Shown: piece by piece, positions 27,628 through 36,966 of the stretch
Numbering within the stretch: the stretch's first letter is position 1
Layout of the letters: every line of letters starts with the position of its first letter
Source of the DNA: a virus
Lineage: Duplodnaviria; Caudoviricetes
Reading direction: 5' to 3' (one strand)
IMG/VR virus record: IMGVR_UViG_3300038345_000144
Length of the DNA stretch: 64,000 bases
The notes under the pieces: model-generated
The model's input: only the letters and a program-made list of their open reading frames with translations
What the model was told of the DNA's origin: nothing
The model's database searches: none
Made by a program: the position numbers and the translations under genes

Positions 27628-28845
27628 TTATGCTGGCTTCTTTGTGCCATCGCTATATATAGCATAAGTTGAGTAAGAACCAGGTTCATATCCGTGGTTA
27701 TCACAATATGTGTAATACTGGTCAATACAGTTTGAAGAGGAACTACCTGTTATTACAATTCCTGTAACCTTATTGCCGTCACCGTCATAAGCCGAACCTC
27801 TTAACTCATAACCTGTGATTGTAGGTGCAGGCTTCGGCGTAGGTGTCGGAGGTACAGGTGTAGGAGTAGGAGCCTGTGTCTCTGCTGTTGTAGGAGCAGG
27901 TTCAGTAGGTGCAGGCTCGGTAGGAGCAGGCTGTGTAGGTGCAGGTGCGGTTGTCTCCGTAGGTGCGGGCTGTGTAGGCTGTGTTGAACCACCATTTCCG
28001 CTACCAGATGAACCACTACCAGAACCACTGCTTCCAGAACCAGAAGAACCACTACCAGAACTGCTGGAACCTGAACCAGATGAGCCACTTCCTGAAGAAC
28101 CACTGCCAGATGAACCAGAGCCAGATGAACTTCCACTACCAGAAGAACCTGAACCAGAGGAACCGCTACCAGAAGAGGAACTTCCGCTACCAGAACTTGT
28201 AGAGCCTGATGTAGAAGAACCTGTACCAGAAGGTGTACCCTGTGGTGCTTCATAGGCTCTCTGACCAGATGCGTAATCTGCTCTTACCCAGTCAACCATA
28301 AACTGTGCGGCACTGTCATTGTTTTCATAACCAGTGTTAATAAGGGCTTCTTTGATTTCCGCATCGGACTTGCCTTGAGCAACCATATCCCAAGCCATAT
28401 TGTAGTCATATGCACATCGTTCATCTTCAGTCATTTCAGTACCACTGGAATAACCTGCCGACTGTGCCTCTGAAAGTGTCATAGCAGTAAGACCTGACTT
28501 ACCTTCGATAGCAGGGTCTCCTGCTGAATAATAACGACCACCATAGATGTAAACTACTTCTTCGGTGGTTTCATTTGTTGTTGCTGTTGTTGCTTCGGTA
28601 GACTCCGTAGGAACGGTATCTACTGTAAAAGTACCATCAGGAACAGATGACTCAACAGGTGAGGTTTCTGTCGGAACGGTATCTGCACCTGTGCTACAAG
28701 CAGTTAAGGCAATAGCAGTAAGAACAGCGATTGATGCCTTTGTAGCCATATCACCAATATGACAGCATCTTTTTCTGCCTATATTTTCGGGTGTTGCGGA
28801 GCAAAGGCTCTCACCACCGTCAATTCTTGCTCGTCTAATTTTCAT
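27628..28845 (-). CDS. Ser/Gly- and Pro/Thr-rich lipoprotein with N-terminal Cys/His motif
   Basis: AAGGAG RBS, CSATPENIGRKRCCH, then signal with LTAC lipobox, SGSGSS and PTEPA repeats. Confidence 0.75.
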   Translation of the reverse strand: MKIRRARIDGGESLCSATPENIGRKRCCHIGDMATKASIAVLTAIALTACSTGADTVPTETSPVESSVPDGTFTVDTVPTESTEATTATTNETTEEVVYIYGGRYYSAGDPAIEGKSGLTAMTLSEAQSAGYSSGTEMTEDERCAYDYNMAWDMVAQGKSDAEIKEALINTGYENNDSAAQFMVDWVRADYASGQRAYEAPQGTPSGTGSSTSGSTSSGSGSSSSGSGSSGSGSSGSGSSSGSGSSGSGSSGSGSSGSGSSSSGSGSSGSGSSGSGSGSSGSGNGGSTQPTQPAPTETTAPAPTQPAPTEPAPTEPAPTTAETQAPTPTPVPPTPTPKPAPTITGYELRGSAYDGDGNKVTGIVITGSSSSNCIDQYYTYCDNHGYEPGSYSTYAIYSDGTKKPA

Positions 28846-28920
28846 TTATATCTCCTTCCGCATCAAATGAAATGTAATTTTCTTTCATTTGAGTGTAAAT
28901 GATTTTCATTTGATAATTTC

Positions 28921-28949
28921 CTTATAGCATATTTTTACTTCTTTGTAAA
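28921..28949 (-). promoter_or_regulatory. sigmaA-type promoter
   Basis: TTTACA-N17-(TGc)TATAAG. Confidence 0.5.
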
Positions 28950-29021
28950 GGGTTACAATACCCTTTTTCATATAAAATATCAGATTTTTATTATAAATAT
29001 TAGATTTATTGTTAAAAATCA

Positions 29022-29360
29022 CTATTTCATATGAAAATGGAGCCTTGAATTCACTCCATACAACTTCTTATCGTAATCTACGCTTTCAAGTGTTTTCATT
29101 TGCTGTTGGAGTTTTCGTTTCTTTTTGTTTGTTATGGCTTTCATTCTGGAAAAATACTTCTGTTGTAACTTCAAAGCGACAATATCTTTGCCAGTTTGAA
29201 TGTCAAAAGTATCTAATTCAAGACAAGTAGCCATAGCAGTAAAGGTATGGAGCGTGTCATCTATATAAATGTCGAATTTACCCAGCGTCAATTTACTTTC
29301 AGGCATAAATACAAATGTCATTTTTCCACCCAAAATATCCATTGTTTGAACCGTTTTCAT
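29022..29360 (-). CDS. Hypothetical protein
   Basis: 112 aa, AAGGA RBS. Confidence 0.65.
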   Translation of the reverse strand: MKTVQTMDILGGKMTFVFMPESKLTLGKFDIYIDDTLHTFTAMATCLELDTFDIQTGKDIVALKLQQKYFSRMKAITNKKKRKLQQQMKTLESVDYDKKLYGVNSRLHFHMK

Positions 29361-29383
29361 ATATTAAAAGATATTCCTTTCTA

Positions 29384-29420
29384 AAAAAGTGTAGGGGCTA
29401 ACGCAAGCGTCAACCCCTAC
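29384..29420 (-). terminator. Intrinsic terminator
   Basis: GTAGGGG...CCCCTAC hairpin followed by T-tract. Confidence 0.75.
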
Positions 29421-29537
29421 TATTGGTAAATGTGGATTATACAAAAATTATGAAAATTATAAAATAGTCCAAATATGCTTATAAAGCCACCAGGCACACA
29501 CTTGGCTGATAGTATAATCCACAAAGCATTAAGCCAG

Positions 29538-30200
29538 TTAGAACCACTGTTCTTTAAGGACTTTATCGGGGTCTTTACCTACAATATTGTAGTCTGGGAG
29601 TACCAAAGGCTTATTATCATCAGTAACGATGAATTTGCCTTTTTTCATACGCTCGACCATCGGATGTACTTTGTTGCTCGCTTTCGCTCTCCTATACATT
29701 TCCAACCAGATAGCCTTTTTCCCGATTTCCGTACCACTATCAAGAAAGAGTTGGTCTTCTTCACTAATCTTTGGTGCGTCATCAGCATCGACCTGTGATT
29801 TAATAACAGGGATATTTTCGACGGGTGAAGTCGGCGTAGATACATCAACAGCAACGGACTCCGCAGTTTCCTGTGGTTGAACGACCTCTTCCTTAACGGG
29901 TTCAGTATCTTGAACCTGTGTAGGAGTTTCTTGAGGTGGTTGCGGAGGACTTTCTGCTTGAGTCGGAGTTGGAGGTATCGTATTCTCTTCTCCATTTGGT
30001 TTTGTGTTTACCGATACATTCACCTGTTTTATCTTTAACTTGATAACAGTAGGTTTCTTGACCTCATCTTCGGTCCTTTCAGGTGGTATAACTTTAGTAA
30101 CCGCTTTTTCAGGTGGAATAACTTGTATTGACGGTTCTGGCGGGGTGCTAAACACAATATCTTGTGTTTGTAACTCCTGCATAAAGTCAACTAAAGACAT
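29538..30200 (-). CDS. Pro/Glu-rich hypothetical protein
   Basis: 220 aa, AGGAGG RBS, disordered N-part and compact C-domain. Confidence 0.7.
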   Translation of the reverse strand: MSLVDFMQELQTQDIVFSTPPEPSIQVIPPEKAVTKVIPPERTEDEVKKPTVIKLKIKQVNVSVNTKPNGEENTIPPTPTQAESPPQPPQETPTQVQDTEPVKEEVVQPQETAESVAVDVSTPTSPVENIPVIKSQVDADDAPKISEEDQLFLDSGTEIGKKAIWLEMYRRAKASNKVHPMVERMKKGKFIVTDDNKPLVLPDYNIVGKDPDKVLKEQWF

Positions 30201-30245
30201 TTATTATTCCTCCTTTAATATATAAGTTCCCTAATCAATCTGTTT

Positions 30246-30608
30246 TTACTGTTGAGCCATAAGGTTCTCGACATTAGCGTGTACCGTATAAACCGTCTGA
30301 ATTCTTGAAATGATGGTCTTGAGTTGGTCTATCAGTTCAGGGGCTTCTAACTCCTGACCACGATACTTGACCAACCCTTGCTCATCAATAGAAAATACAA
30401 CAGATGGTTGACCGTCCTTGTCGAGACAGATGGCTTGATAGTCACAACATTCATCTTGGTAATTGTCGTTTGTAACAAGAACATCGTCTTCTGATATAGG
30501 TTCAATTATTTCAGACCAATCAGGGGAAGAGATGTTACGCATAGTAATTACCTGATTATCTAACTTTGAGAGCATCAAAGTTAATTCTTGGGCTAAATTA
30601 TTATACAT
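30246..30608 (-). CDS. Hypothetical protein
   Basis: 120 aa, GAGGAG RBS. Confidence 0.7.
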   Translation of the reverse strand: MYNNLAQELTLMLSKLDNQVITMRNISSPDWSEIIEPISEDDVLVTNDNYQDECCDYQAICLDKDGQPSVVFSIDEQGLVKYRGQELEAPELIDQLKTIISRIQTVYTVHANVENLMAQQ

Positions 30609-30627
30609 AACGAATTCTCCTCTCTAA

Positions 30628-30969
30628 TTACTGACCGTCGATAATTTCACCAACATTATCATTAACGGCATCGACACCCTTCTGTCCGAGGTCCTTTGCA
30701 GTATTACCAAGTGTCTGATAGTTCTGTGCCAAGAAGATAATACCAATCATAAGGATGAGGAAAAGAGCCTTACCGATAATACCGAGTACGGAACCTGAAC
30801 CTGAACCCTTTGCGAAGGCAATACCTTCCTTAACGATTGCATAGATGAGGAAAGCCGCAACCAGACCACCACCGATAGTAGCCGCCCACTTAACAAGGTT
30901 TTGGACAATCTCTGAACCTTCTGCAAAAACTACCATAAAAGGTAAAAGTTTTGATAAAATTGCTTCCAT
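30628..30969 (-). CDS. Small 2-TM protein, VirB2/TrbC/TcpD-like pilin candidate
   Basis: Short leader ending VFA, two hydrophobic helices with Gly-rich loop; transfer context. Confidence 0.5.
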   Translation of the reverse strand: MEAILSKLLPFMVVFAEGSEIVQNLVKWAATIGGGLVAAFLIYAIVKEGIAFAKGSGSGSVLGIIGKALFLILMIGIIFLAQNYQTLGNTAKDLGQKGVDAVNDNVGEIIDGQ

Positions 30970-30984
30970 TTTTCAATTCCTCCT

Positions 30985-31518
30985 TTAGAATTTGTCCTGC
31001 ATATAGTCGAATACTATCTGCATTTGATTTTTGTTGAAACCGTATAATGAATATCCTGACTTACGCAAATCATCAATGATGTCGTTTGCCAGTTTACTCA
31101 TAATCGGGTCATACTGTTTCGTAGAAGAGTTGTCCTGCTGTGGAGCCGACTCCTTCTGTACTGTCGTTTCTTTTCTCGGTCTACCCGCACGACTCTTCTT
31201 CTTATTATTATTAAATAGTCCTTCCTGTGACGGTTGTGTTACAGACGGTGCTTCTGGTACTTTGGTATCTACCGCAACCGCTTCTCCCTCCGTCGCAAGG
31301 GGGGCTACTTCTGACTCTGGAGTATCAAGAGTAATCTCCTGAATTCCTGTGCTTGAAAGCAGTGCATCTTTGGACTCTGCTGACATTTCAGAGAAAATAT
31401 CCTCATTTTCCTGTGCTGATGTCATCTGCTCCTCTAAAGTATAAGTTGACTTTGGGGTATCGTCCAAAGCCTCTTGAGCGATACCTTCAAGTCTTGAAAG
31501 TGCATCTTCTCTACCCAT
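30985..31518 (-). CDS. Acidic protein with AT-hook-like motif
   Basis: KKKSRAGRPRKE followed by helical C-terminal domain. Confidence 0.6.
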   Translation of the reverse strand: MGREDALSRLEGIAQEALDDTPKSTYTLEEQMTSAQENEDIFSEMSAESKDALLSSTGIQEITLDTPESEVAPLATEGEAVAVDTKVPEAPSVTQPSQEGLFNNNKKKSRAGRPRKETTVQKESAPQQDNSSTKQYDPIMSKLANDIIDDLRKSGYSLYGFNKNQMQIVFDYMQDKF

Positions 31519-31524
31519 AATAAT

Positions 31525-32103
31525 TTACTCTCCTTTGTTCTTATTGCGTGGTTTAATAAGATTGCTAAATGTTGTAGGTTCGTCCTTTTGTGGAGGATTA
31601 TCTCCACCTGCAACCTTTAACTTCAAAGGTGTAGAAATCTTATTCGGTTTAGGTACAGGGACATTAGAACCGCCTGACGGGTCTCTACCACTTAAGGTAG
31701 GAACTCTATCGAATATAGCCGAAGCCTGTTCCATAGAAGCATCTGGATATTCTGCAAGAGACATCTGCATCTTGAGTGCCTGATACTCTGTCTGAAGGGA
31801 CATTTCGTTGGCTTTCGCCTTGTTGTACTCTTCCTTCAACTTCATATTATCTTTGGTAAGATTACTGATTTCATCTTCCAAACCCAAGATAATCTTATCG
31901 ACATCTTCAGGGTAATATCCATAAGGGGCTGATACACGAATACCAAGCCTTTTTGCTACTTCAGATAATTCCTGCTCGAATTTTTCAGCCAATTTACGAG
32001 GATTTTTCACCTTCTTGTTAGAAGCCTTTGGCTCCTTAACTGGCTTTTCCTTTACGGGCTTTGTAGGCTTCTCTTTAGGCTCTTTTGGTTTTCCAAATGC
32101 CAT
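31525..32103 (-). CDS. DivIVA/GpsB-domain coiled-coil protein
   Basis: YGYYPEDVDKII matches DivIVA GY..eeVD.fl, followed by coiled coil. Confidence 0.65.
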   Translation of the reverse strand: MAFGKPKEPKEKPTKPVKEKPVKEPKASNKKVKNPRKLAEKFEQELSEVAKRLGIRVSAPYGYYPEDVDKIILGLEDEISNLTKDNMKLKEEYNKAKANEMSLQTEYQALKMQMSLAEYPDASMEQASAIFDRVPTLSGRDPSGGSNVPVPKPNKISTPLKLKVAGGDNPPQKDEPTTFSNLIKPRNKNKGE

Positions 32104-32448
32104 TTAGACCACCTCCACATATTCCTGCGACTCCCTATCAAACTTAATCTTCACTACCTTATCAGCACAAATTATCTTGTTATAGACAATCTTGCCGTCC
32201 TTTGTAGTGTACTGTTCGGAGTCCAACTTGCCGTAAATCCTTACCATACAACCAGTTTGAATGGTCTCTTCGTCATACTCATTGATGACATTAGGGTAAA
32301 CTACCCTGACGCAAGTGAAACGCTTTTTGTCAGGGGCGTTTGCCATACAATGATATATGCCAGTAATGGCACGGATGTTAAAATTAGCCACTTCGTCCAA
32401 GAGTTTAACATTGTCCTGAACACAGCCGTCAATAATGATTTTATTCAT
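32104..32448 (-). CDS. Short SSB-like OB-fold protein without acidic tail
   Basis: MNKIIIDG..., G.MVRIYGKL....Y..KDG. Confidence 0.7.
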   Translation of the reverse strand: MNKIIIDGCVQDNVKLLDEVANFNIRAITGIYHCMANAPDKKRFTCVRVVYPNVINEYDEETIQTGCMVRIYGKLDSEQYTTKDGKIVYNKIICADKVVKIKFDRESQEYVEVV

Positions 32449-34030
32449 CTTCGGTTTCCTCCATACTGACTATTCTCTCCAATTGCTCGATAATATCAGC
32501 ATTTTCATCAATAAGATGCCATCTCTGATACCACTGAACCTGTGAAATAATATTATCAATATTACCGAAAGCGGCAATAACAGGAGCATATTTAGTGAGG
32601 TTGCCTACAACGAGGTCGTTAATAGGGTTGTCCTGAACTGTACCGTCAGGCAATACCATCTTGTTATAAACTCTCGTAAGGACAATGCTACACTTGTCGA
32701 GTATCTTGTTCTTTTCGTTAAATACATTGTTTCTACGAGTACCACAGAGGGTAGTAAGTTGCTTAACAACGGACTTAACAGAGTTGATGGAAGGATTACA
32801 AGTAAGGATAATCCTATCCGCTAACTTATAAAGCATTGAAATAGGTGCTTTTCCGAGGTAGTCGATACCACTGTCAAAGAACACTACATCATAGTTAGAG
32901 AGTAACTGCTTGAATACATCAATCCAGAAAGTTGTGTTTTCTGTGATTTCAGGAATGTCCTGTGCAGGAGCAAGGTAGAAATCAATGTTTGATGCGAAGT
33001 GGTCACTTCTAACCCTTACATTGTTGAGGTAAGAGAAATCTCTGTTACCACCAATATAGTTCTTATAGTAGTCCTGAAGTGTCGGACCTAACTTGTTGAT
33101 AGTAATACCAATCTGACCGTCGATAATATCGAAGTCAGCCAATGCCACCTTCTGATTAGGGTGAGTCTTTGCATAGTAATATGCACTAATAAGAGCCGTA
33201 AATGTCTTACCAGTACCACCCTTTGAAGAACCAAAGAGAATAACCTTTGCGGAGCCATTCTTATTGGCATAACTCTTCGTACCATCATCCTGCAACATAG
33301 CGTCAAGTTTAACCTTGATTTTTGTTACATCGACAGGCTTATCAACCGCCATCAGGCTTTCAGTCTTCTGCAAAGCAGGTTGCTGATTGAACATTGATGT
33401 TGACTGCGGAGCAGGTGCGGGAGCAACTGGAGCCTGTGGAGCAGGTTGAGGTATAAACTGCTGTGGATAAGAAGGCTGGTAGTACGGATTGACCTGCGGT
33501 TGAGGTGCAGGTTGAGGCTGTGGCTGATAATTGCCAGGTCTCATTTCTGGCTGAACAACAGGCTGTTGAACAGGCTGTACTACTGGCTCTACCCTCGGCT
33601 GAACTACTGGCTCTGGAACAATCGGAGCCTGCTGAACAACAGGTTCAGGTTCGGGTTCAGGCTCTACCACTGGCTCTGGTTCAGGAGTAACTTCCTGAAT
33701 AACAGGTTCAGGGATAGGTTCTGGCTCTGGCATAGGCTCTGGTTCAGGCTGTGAAGCCTCGATAACCTTTACATTCTCGATAGGGAATGATGGTTCGGGT
33801 ACATCACTAAACCTGTAATAAACAACCAACACATTCGCCGCTTCATACTGCTTGAGTCCCTCATAGACATCAGGAGTAATTACGGAGACATCATACCAAA
33901 TGCCTTCATCGACCTCGATACCATCATCAGATGTAGCCCTTGCGATGAACTCATCTGCGGTCCACTGGTCTTTTTGAAAACCGTCCAATTCAGACGGAAC
34001 TCTTTTGTCGTTGGTTACTACAATAAACAT
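32441..34030 (-). CDS. MinD/ParA (CpaE-like) ATPase with N-terminal domain and long Pro/Gln/Glu linker
   Basis: Deviant Walker [26 protein letters not shown]. Confidence 0.85.
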   Translation of the reverse strand: MFIVVTNDKRVPSELDGFQKDQWTADEFIARATSDDGIEVDEGIWYDVSVITPDVYEGLKQYEAANVLVVYYRFSDVPEPSFPIENVKVIEASQPEPEPMPEPEPIPEPVIQEVTPEPEPVVEPEPEPEPVVQQAPIVPEPVVQPRVEPVVQPVQQPVVQPEMRPGNYQPQPQPAPQPQVNPYYQPSYPQQFIPQPAPQAPVAPAPAPQSTSMFNQQPALQKTESLMAVDKPVDVTKIKVKLDAMLQDDGTKSYANKNGSAKVILFGSSKGGTGKTFTALISAYYYAKTHPNQKVALADFDIIDGQIGITINKLGPTLQDYYKNYIGGNRDFSYLNNVRVRSDHFASNIDFYLAPAQDIPEITENTTFWIDVFKQLLSNYDVVFFDSGIDYLGKAPISMLYKLADRIILTCNPSINSVKSVVKQLTTLCGTRRNNVFNEKNKILDKCSIVLTRVYNKMVLPDGTVQDNPINDLVVGNLTKYAPVIAAFGNIDNIISQVQWYQRWHLIDENADIIEQLERIVSMEETEDE

Positions 34031-34095
34031 TGTGTAATTTTCCTCCTATTGAATAATTTGCTTTCAAATTACTTAACTGTAACATTACATTACTA

Positions 34096-34122
34096 TTACA
34101 ATTAAATAGTCGTTCATTTTAA
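34096..34122 (-). promoter_or_regulatory. Element-specific motif copy 5
   Basis: TTAAAATGAACGACTATTTAATTGTAA; first 20 nt identical to copy 2. Confidence 0.7.
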
Positions 34123-34143
34123 CTTGTAAGTAAAATCTTATAC

Positions 34144-36942
34144 TTACGCCTTTGGCTTCCTAACCATAGCAATTTCTCTGGAAGCCCAGTTCTTTGCTCT
34201 ATTGATATTGTTCTTGACATTACGGAAGTCTTGTTTAGCCTCTTCATACTTGAACGCCTGAATAGTCAAGCAAGCCAAGATATAAACAAAGCCTAATACA
34301 AAGCCCTTATCGACAAGAGCCATATAGAGCATTACCATAATAACTAACTTAATATTAGCCAAAACATAGTCAATCAAGCACTTTCCAATCTTACCAGTAA
34401 ACGCTGATAAGCCCTTCTGCTCCTTGAACAATTCGAGAATGGTAAACCATATCATCTGAACCATTGTAAGTAACAAAAGGAAGAAGTTTTTGATTTTTGC
34501 CCATATTGTAGGCAACATAATGAATAACATTAAGGCATTACAGAGCATTATGTTACCCTCTTTGAAGTAGTGGGTATTAGGAATAGATGCGTCTGTATAG
34601 TTATTAGCAATTGTACCGTCTGGGTACTGTTGAGGGGATATATTGAATTGAGCGTCAATAACCCTGTAAGTATCTGCCATAAGGGTACTGTCATAAGCGG
34701 TTGTAGTAGCGTTAGGGAAGTAGATCGGCTGTGATAAGTCAAATTCACCTGCCTCCGATACATTCTTTACCGAGTTATCAATATGGTACTTACTACCACA
34801 AGACATAAGGTAAGCCGCCCAGTTTCTAACCTCTTTACCACCACCAATAGGTACATAGACATCACCTGTGTACTTGGCACTATCAAAGAAAGGATTTCCT
34901 GATGTGTCAGCAGGGTCGATTGTCTGGTGGCTTTGAGGCATTACGGATTGTCCATCCTGTAAAGTTGCATAGTGCGTATAGAGTTTCTCATAGTCTAATC
35001 CGCTAAACTGACCTCTACACCACGGCTGGAATATGGCTGTACGCCACAAACAAGCGTGAACTTGCATATTTTCGTCGCTACAATGGATAACTTCGTCATC
35101 TTCGCAAGTCTTGTTAAGTGCATAGTTAAATAACTGGTCAATTGCGGTCAAACCACGATAAATTGTATTATTCATAACGGAAGGGTTATTTACCGATAAG
35201 AATAACAAGCCTAATGCTATGACACCAATGATAAATCGTTCAATAACATCTTTAGGCGAACTTCCTGTACCTTTTGAATATTGAAAAACTTTCTTGACCA
35301 AAGAGAAGATAAAGGCTACCATAGCGAACGCTAAAATAAGATTTACAGCAATTTTAATGGTATTCCAAGCGTCTGTGGTCTCAAATTTAGTCAATAATAT
35401 TGTAAAGTGAGCAGGAATTTCAGTACCTATCAATAGGGATATAAGTGCTACGATATACTTGGCAAAGGTCATATTGATTTCGCCTGCCTCATATGTATAA
35501 CCCATAAAAGCACTTACACCTACAAGGTCTGTTCTTGGGTCCTGAAATCCGTCGTTGCGTTCTGAAGAAGAAAGCACTGTTGGACGACCCTCGTAAACCT
35601 CACAAGACAAATAGTTTGTACTGGAGTACATAATGGTCTCCAAAACGCCTAATTTATTCAATCTGCGTTCTGTCCAAGCAGACCAAATGTGGTCAGCAAG
35701 TTTTGGAGAGTAGGTCTTTTCTCCTAAATACCTATACCAGTGTAGATTTTCACCAAATAACTCAAATAGGCAATATTCTGGTGAATTATTACCATTTCCC
35801 ATTACTTGGTTAACATACCCCGTTAGTACATTAACATTTTTGGCGTTTTGTGAGGATTGTAATGAAGAGTCAGCAATAGTAAGATTACCATTTTCATCCT
35901 CTACATATACATTTGTGGACTCAAAGATAAATCCTGAATTTTGAGGGTAAATAAGGTTTTTACCAATATAGTAATAGAATATTGAACGGTCAATAATATC
36001 CTCACGAACAAACGGAGGCAATACCATATCAGTATCAGCCAAAACATCATAAGCATAGTTGAAATCATATAAAGAGCCTGCAAACTCATTATAGATTGCC
36101 TGTGCCGCTTCCTGTCTTGGAGCGTAATAATCCTCATTTGTGTTTCCCTCAAAGTTTAAGGAGAAATCTTTTGTAATTTCATTAAGGTCAGTGGAGTCCT
36201 TCCACTTTTCTTTGTATTCTTCCCAATAAGAAAATCCACTATCACCGTCTTCGGACATAGTAAACATAATCTGGCTTTCTAAAACCCACCACTCGCAATT
36301 ATGCTTATTACACCAGTCCAAAAGACCAACGGCTCTGTCAGCAGTCCATTGTGCCAAACCAATACCACAATATCCTTGACCTCCGACTGAAAAGTAGAAG
36401 GCTTCGGCTATACCATTGTCAGTAAAGTCAACACCTAAACGGGCTTGCTCAATACCCCACTGGTTCTGATTAGCGTCATCGCCCCAACAATGCCAACCAT
36501 CGCAAAGACAAGCAACTGTCATAGCATCGTGACATTCGATATATTTAGCGGAACAATTAGCAATATAATCATTAACAGCGTCAAAAGTATCATCATATTG
36601 ACTACCTACCGTAGCAGTAGGTACACCGTCAGTTACGGTAATTCTTGGATTTGCCTCGACGAGTTCTGGCTTGAATTCACATTCACATTTCCAGCATCCC
36701 ATTACACCTGCCGCTTCATATTCAGTCAAGCCATATGTTCTCAAAATACTCCAGATTTTGTACTTATTTTGCTCAACTGGACCAGTAAAGTTGCCTTGTA
36801 CGGTAGCCTTCTTGATTTCTGTTCCATCATAGTAGTCGTCGGCATAAACCGTTACGGCGGGAGAGGCGAAACTTGCCGTCATAGTGATTGAAATGACCGT
36901 TACAGCCAATAATGAAACAATTTTTCGAAATAACTTACTCAT
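34144..36942 (-). CDS. Phage-tail-type lysozyme fused to VirB6/TcpH-like polytopic membrane domain
   Basis: Signal peptide; IWSIL...AAGVMGCWKCE..P...GIGLAQWT..R...Q..F; later TM pair, FQPWCRGQF, C-terminal TM cluster. Confidence 0.7.
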   Translation of the reverse strand: MSKLFRKIVSLLAVTVISITMTASFASPAVTVYADDYYDGTEIKKATVQGNFTGPVEQNKYKIWSILRTYGLTEYEAAGVMGCWKCECEFKPELVEANPRITVTDGVPTATVGSQYDDTFDAVNDYIANCSAKYIECHDAMTVACLCDGWHCWGDDANQNQWGIEQARLGVDFTDNGIAEAFYFSVGGQGYCGIGLAQWTADRAVGLLDWCNKHNCEWWVLESQIMFTMSEDGDSGFSYWEEYKEKWKDSTDLNEITKDFSLNFEGNTNEDYYAPRQEAAQAIYNEFAGSLYDFNYAYDVLADTDMVLPPFVREDIIDRSIFYYYIGKNLIYPQNSGFIFESTNVYVEDENGNLTIADSSLQSSQNAKNVNVLTGYVNQVMGNGNNSPEYCLFELFGENLHWYRYLGEKTYSPKLADHIWSAWTERRLNKLGVLETIMYSSTNYLSCEVYEGRPTVLSSSERNDGFQDPRTDLVGVSAFMGYTYEAGEINMTFAKYIVALISLLIGTEIPAHFTILLTKFETTDAWNTIKIAVNLILAFAMVAFIFSLVKKVFQYSKGTGSSPKDVIERFIIGVIALGLLFLSVNNPSVMNNTIYRGLTAIDQLFNYALNKTCEDDEVIHCSDENMQVHACLWRTAIFQPWCRGQFSGLDYEKLYTHYATLQDGQSVMPQSHQTIDPADTSGNPFFDSAKYTGDVYVPIGGGKEVRNWAAYLMSCGSKYHIDNSVKNVSEAGEFDLSQPIYFPNATTTAYDSTLMADTYRVIDAQFNISPQQYPDGTIANNYTDASIPNTHYFKEGNIMLCNALMLFIMLPTIWAKIKNFFLLLLTMVQMIWFTILELFKEQKGLSAFTGKIGKCLIDYVLANIKLVIMVMLYMALVDKGFVLGFVYILACLTIQAFKYEEAKQDFRNVKNNINRAKNWASREIAMVRKPKA

Positions 36943-36966
36943 TTCGCCTACTCCTTTCGTAAGATT

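Noticed and set aside
27830-28240. Periodic DNA repeats resembling an array
   Set aside because: They encode SGSGSS and PTEPA linkers; no constant repeat with unique spacers, so not CRISPR
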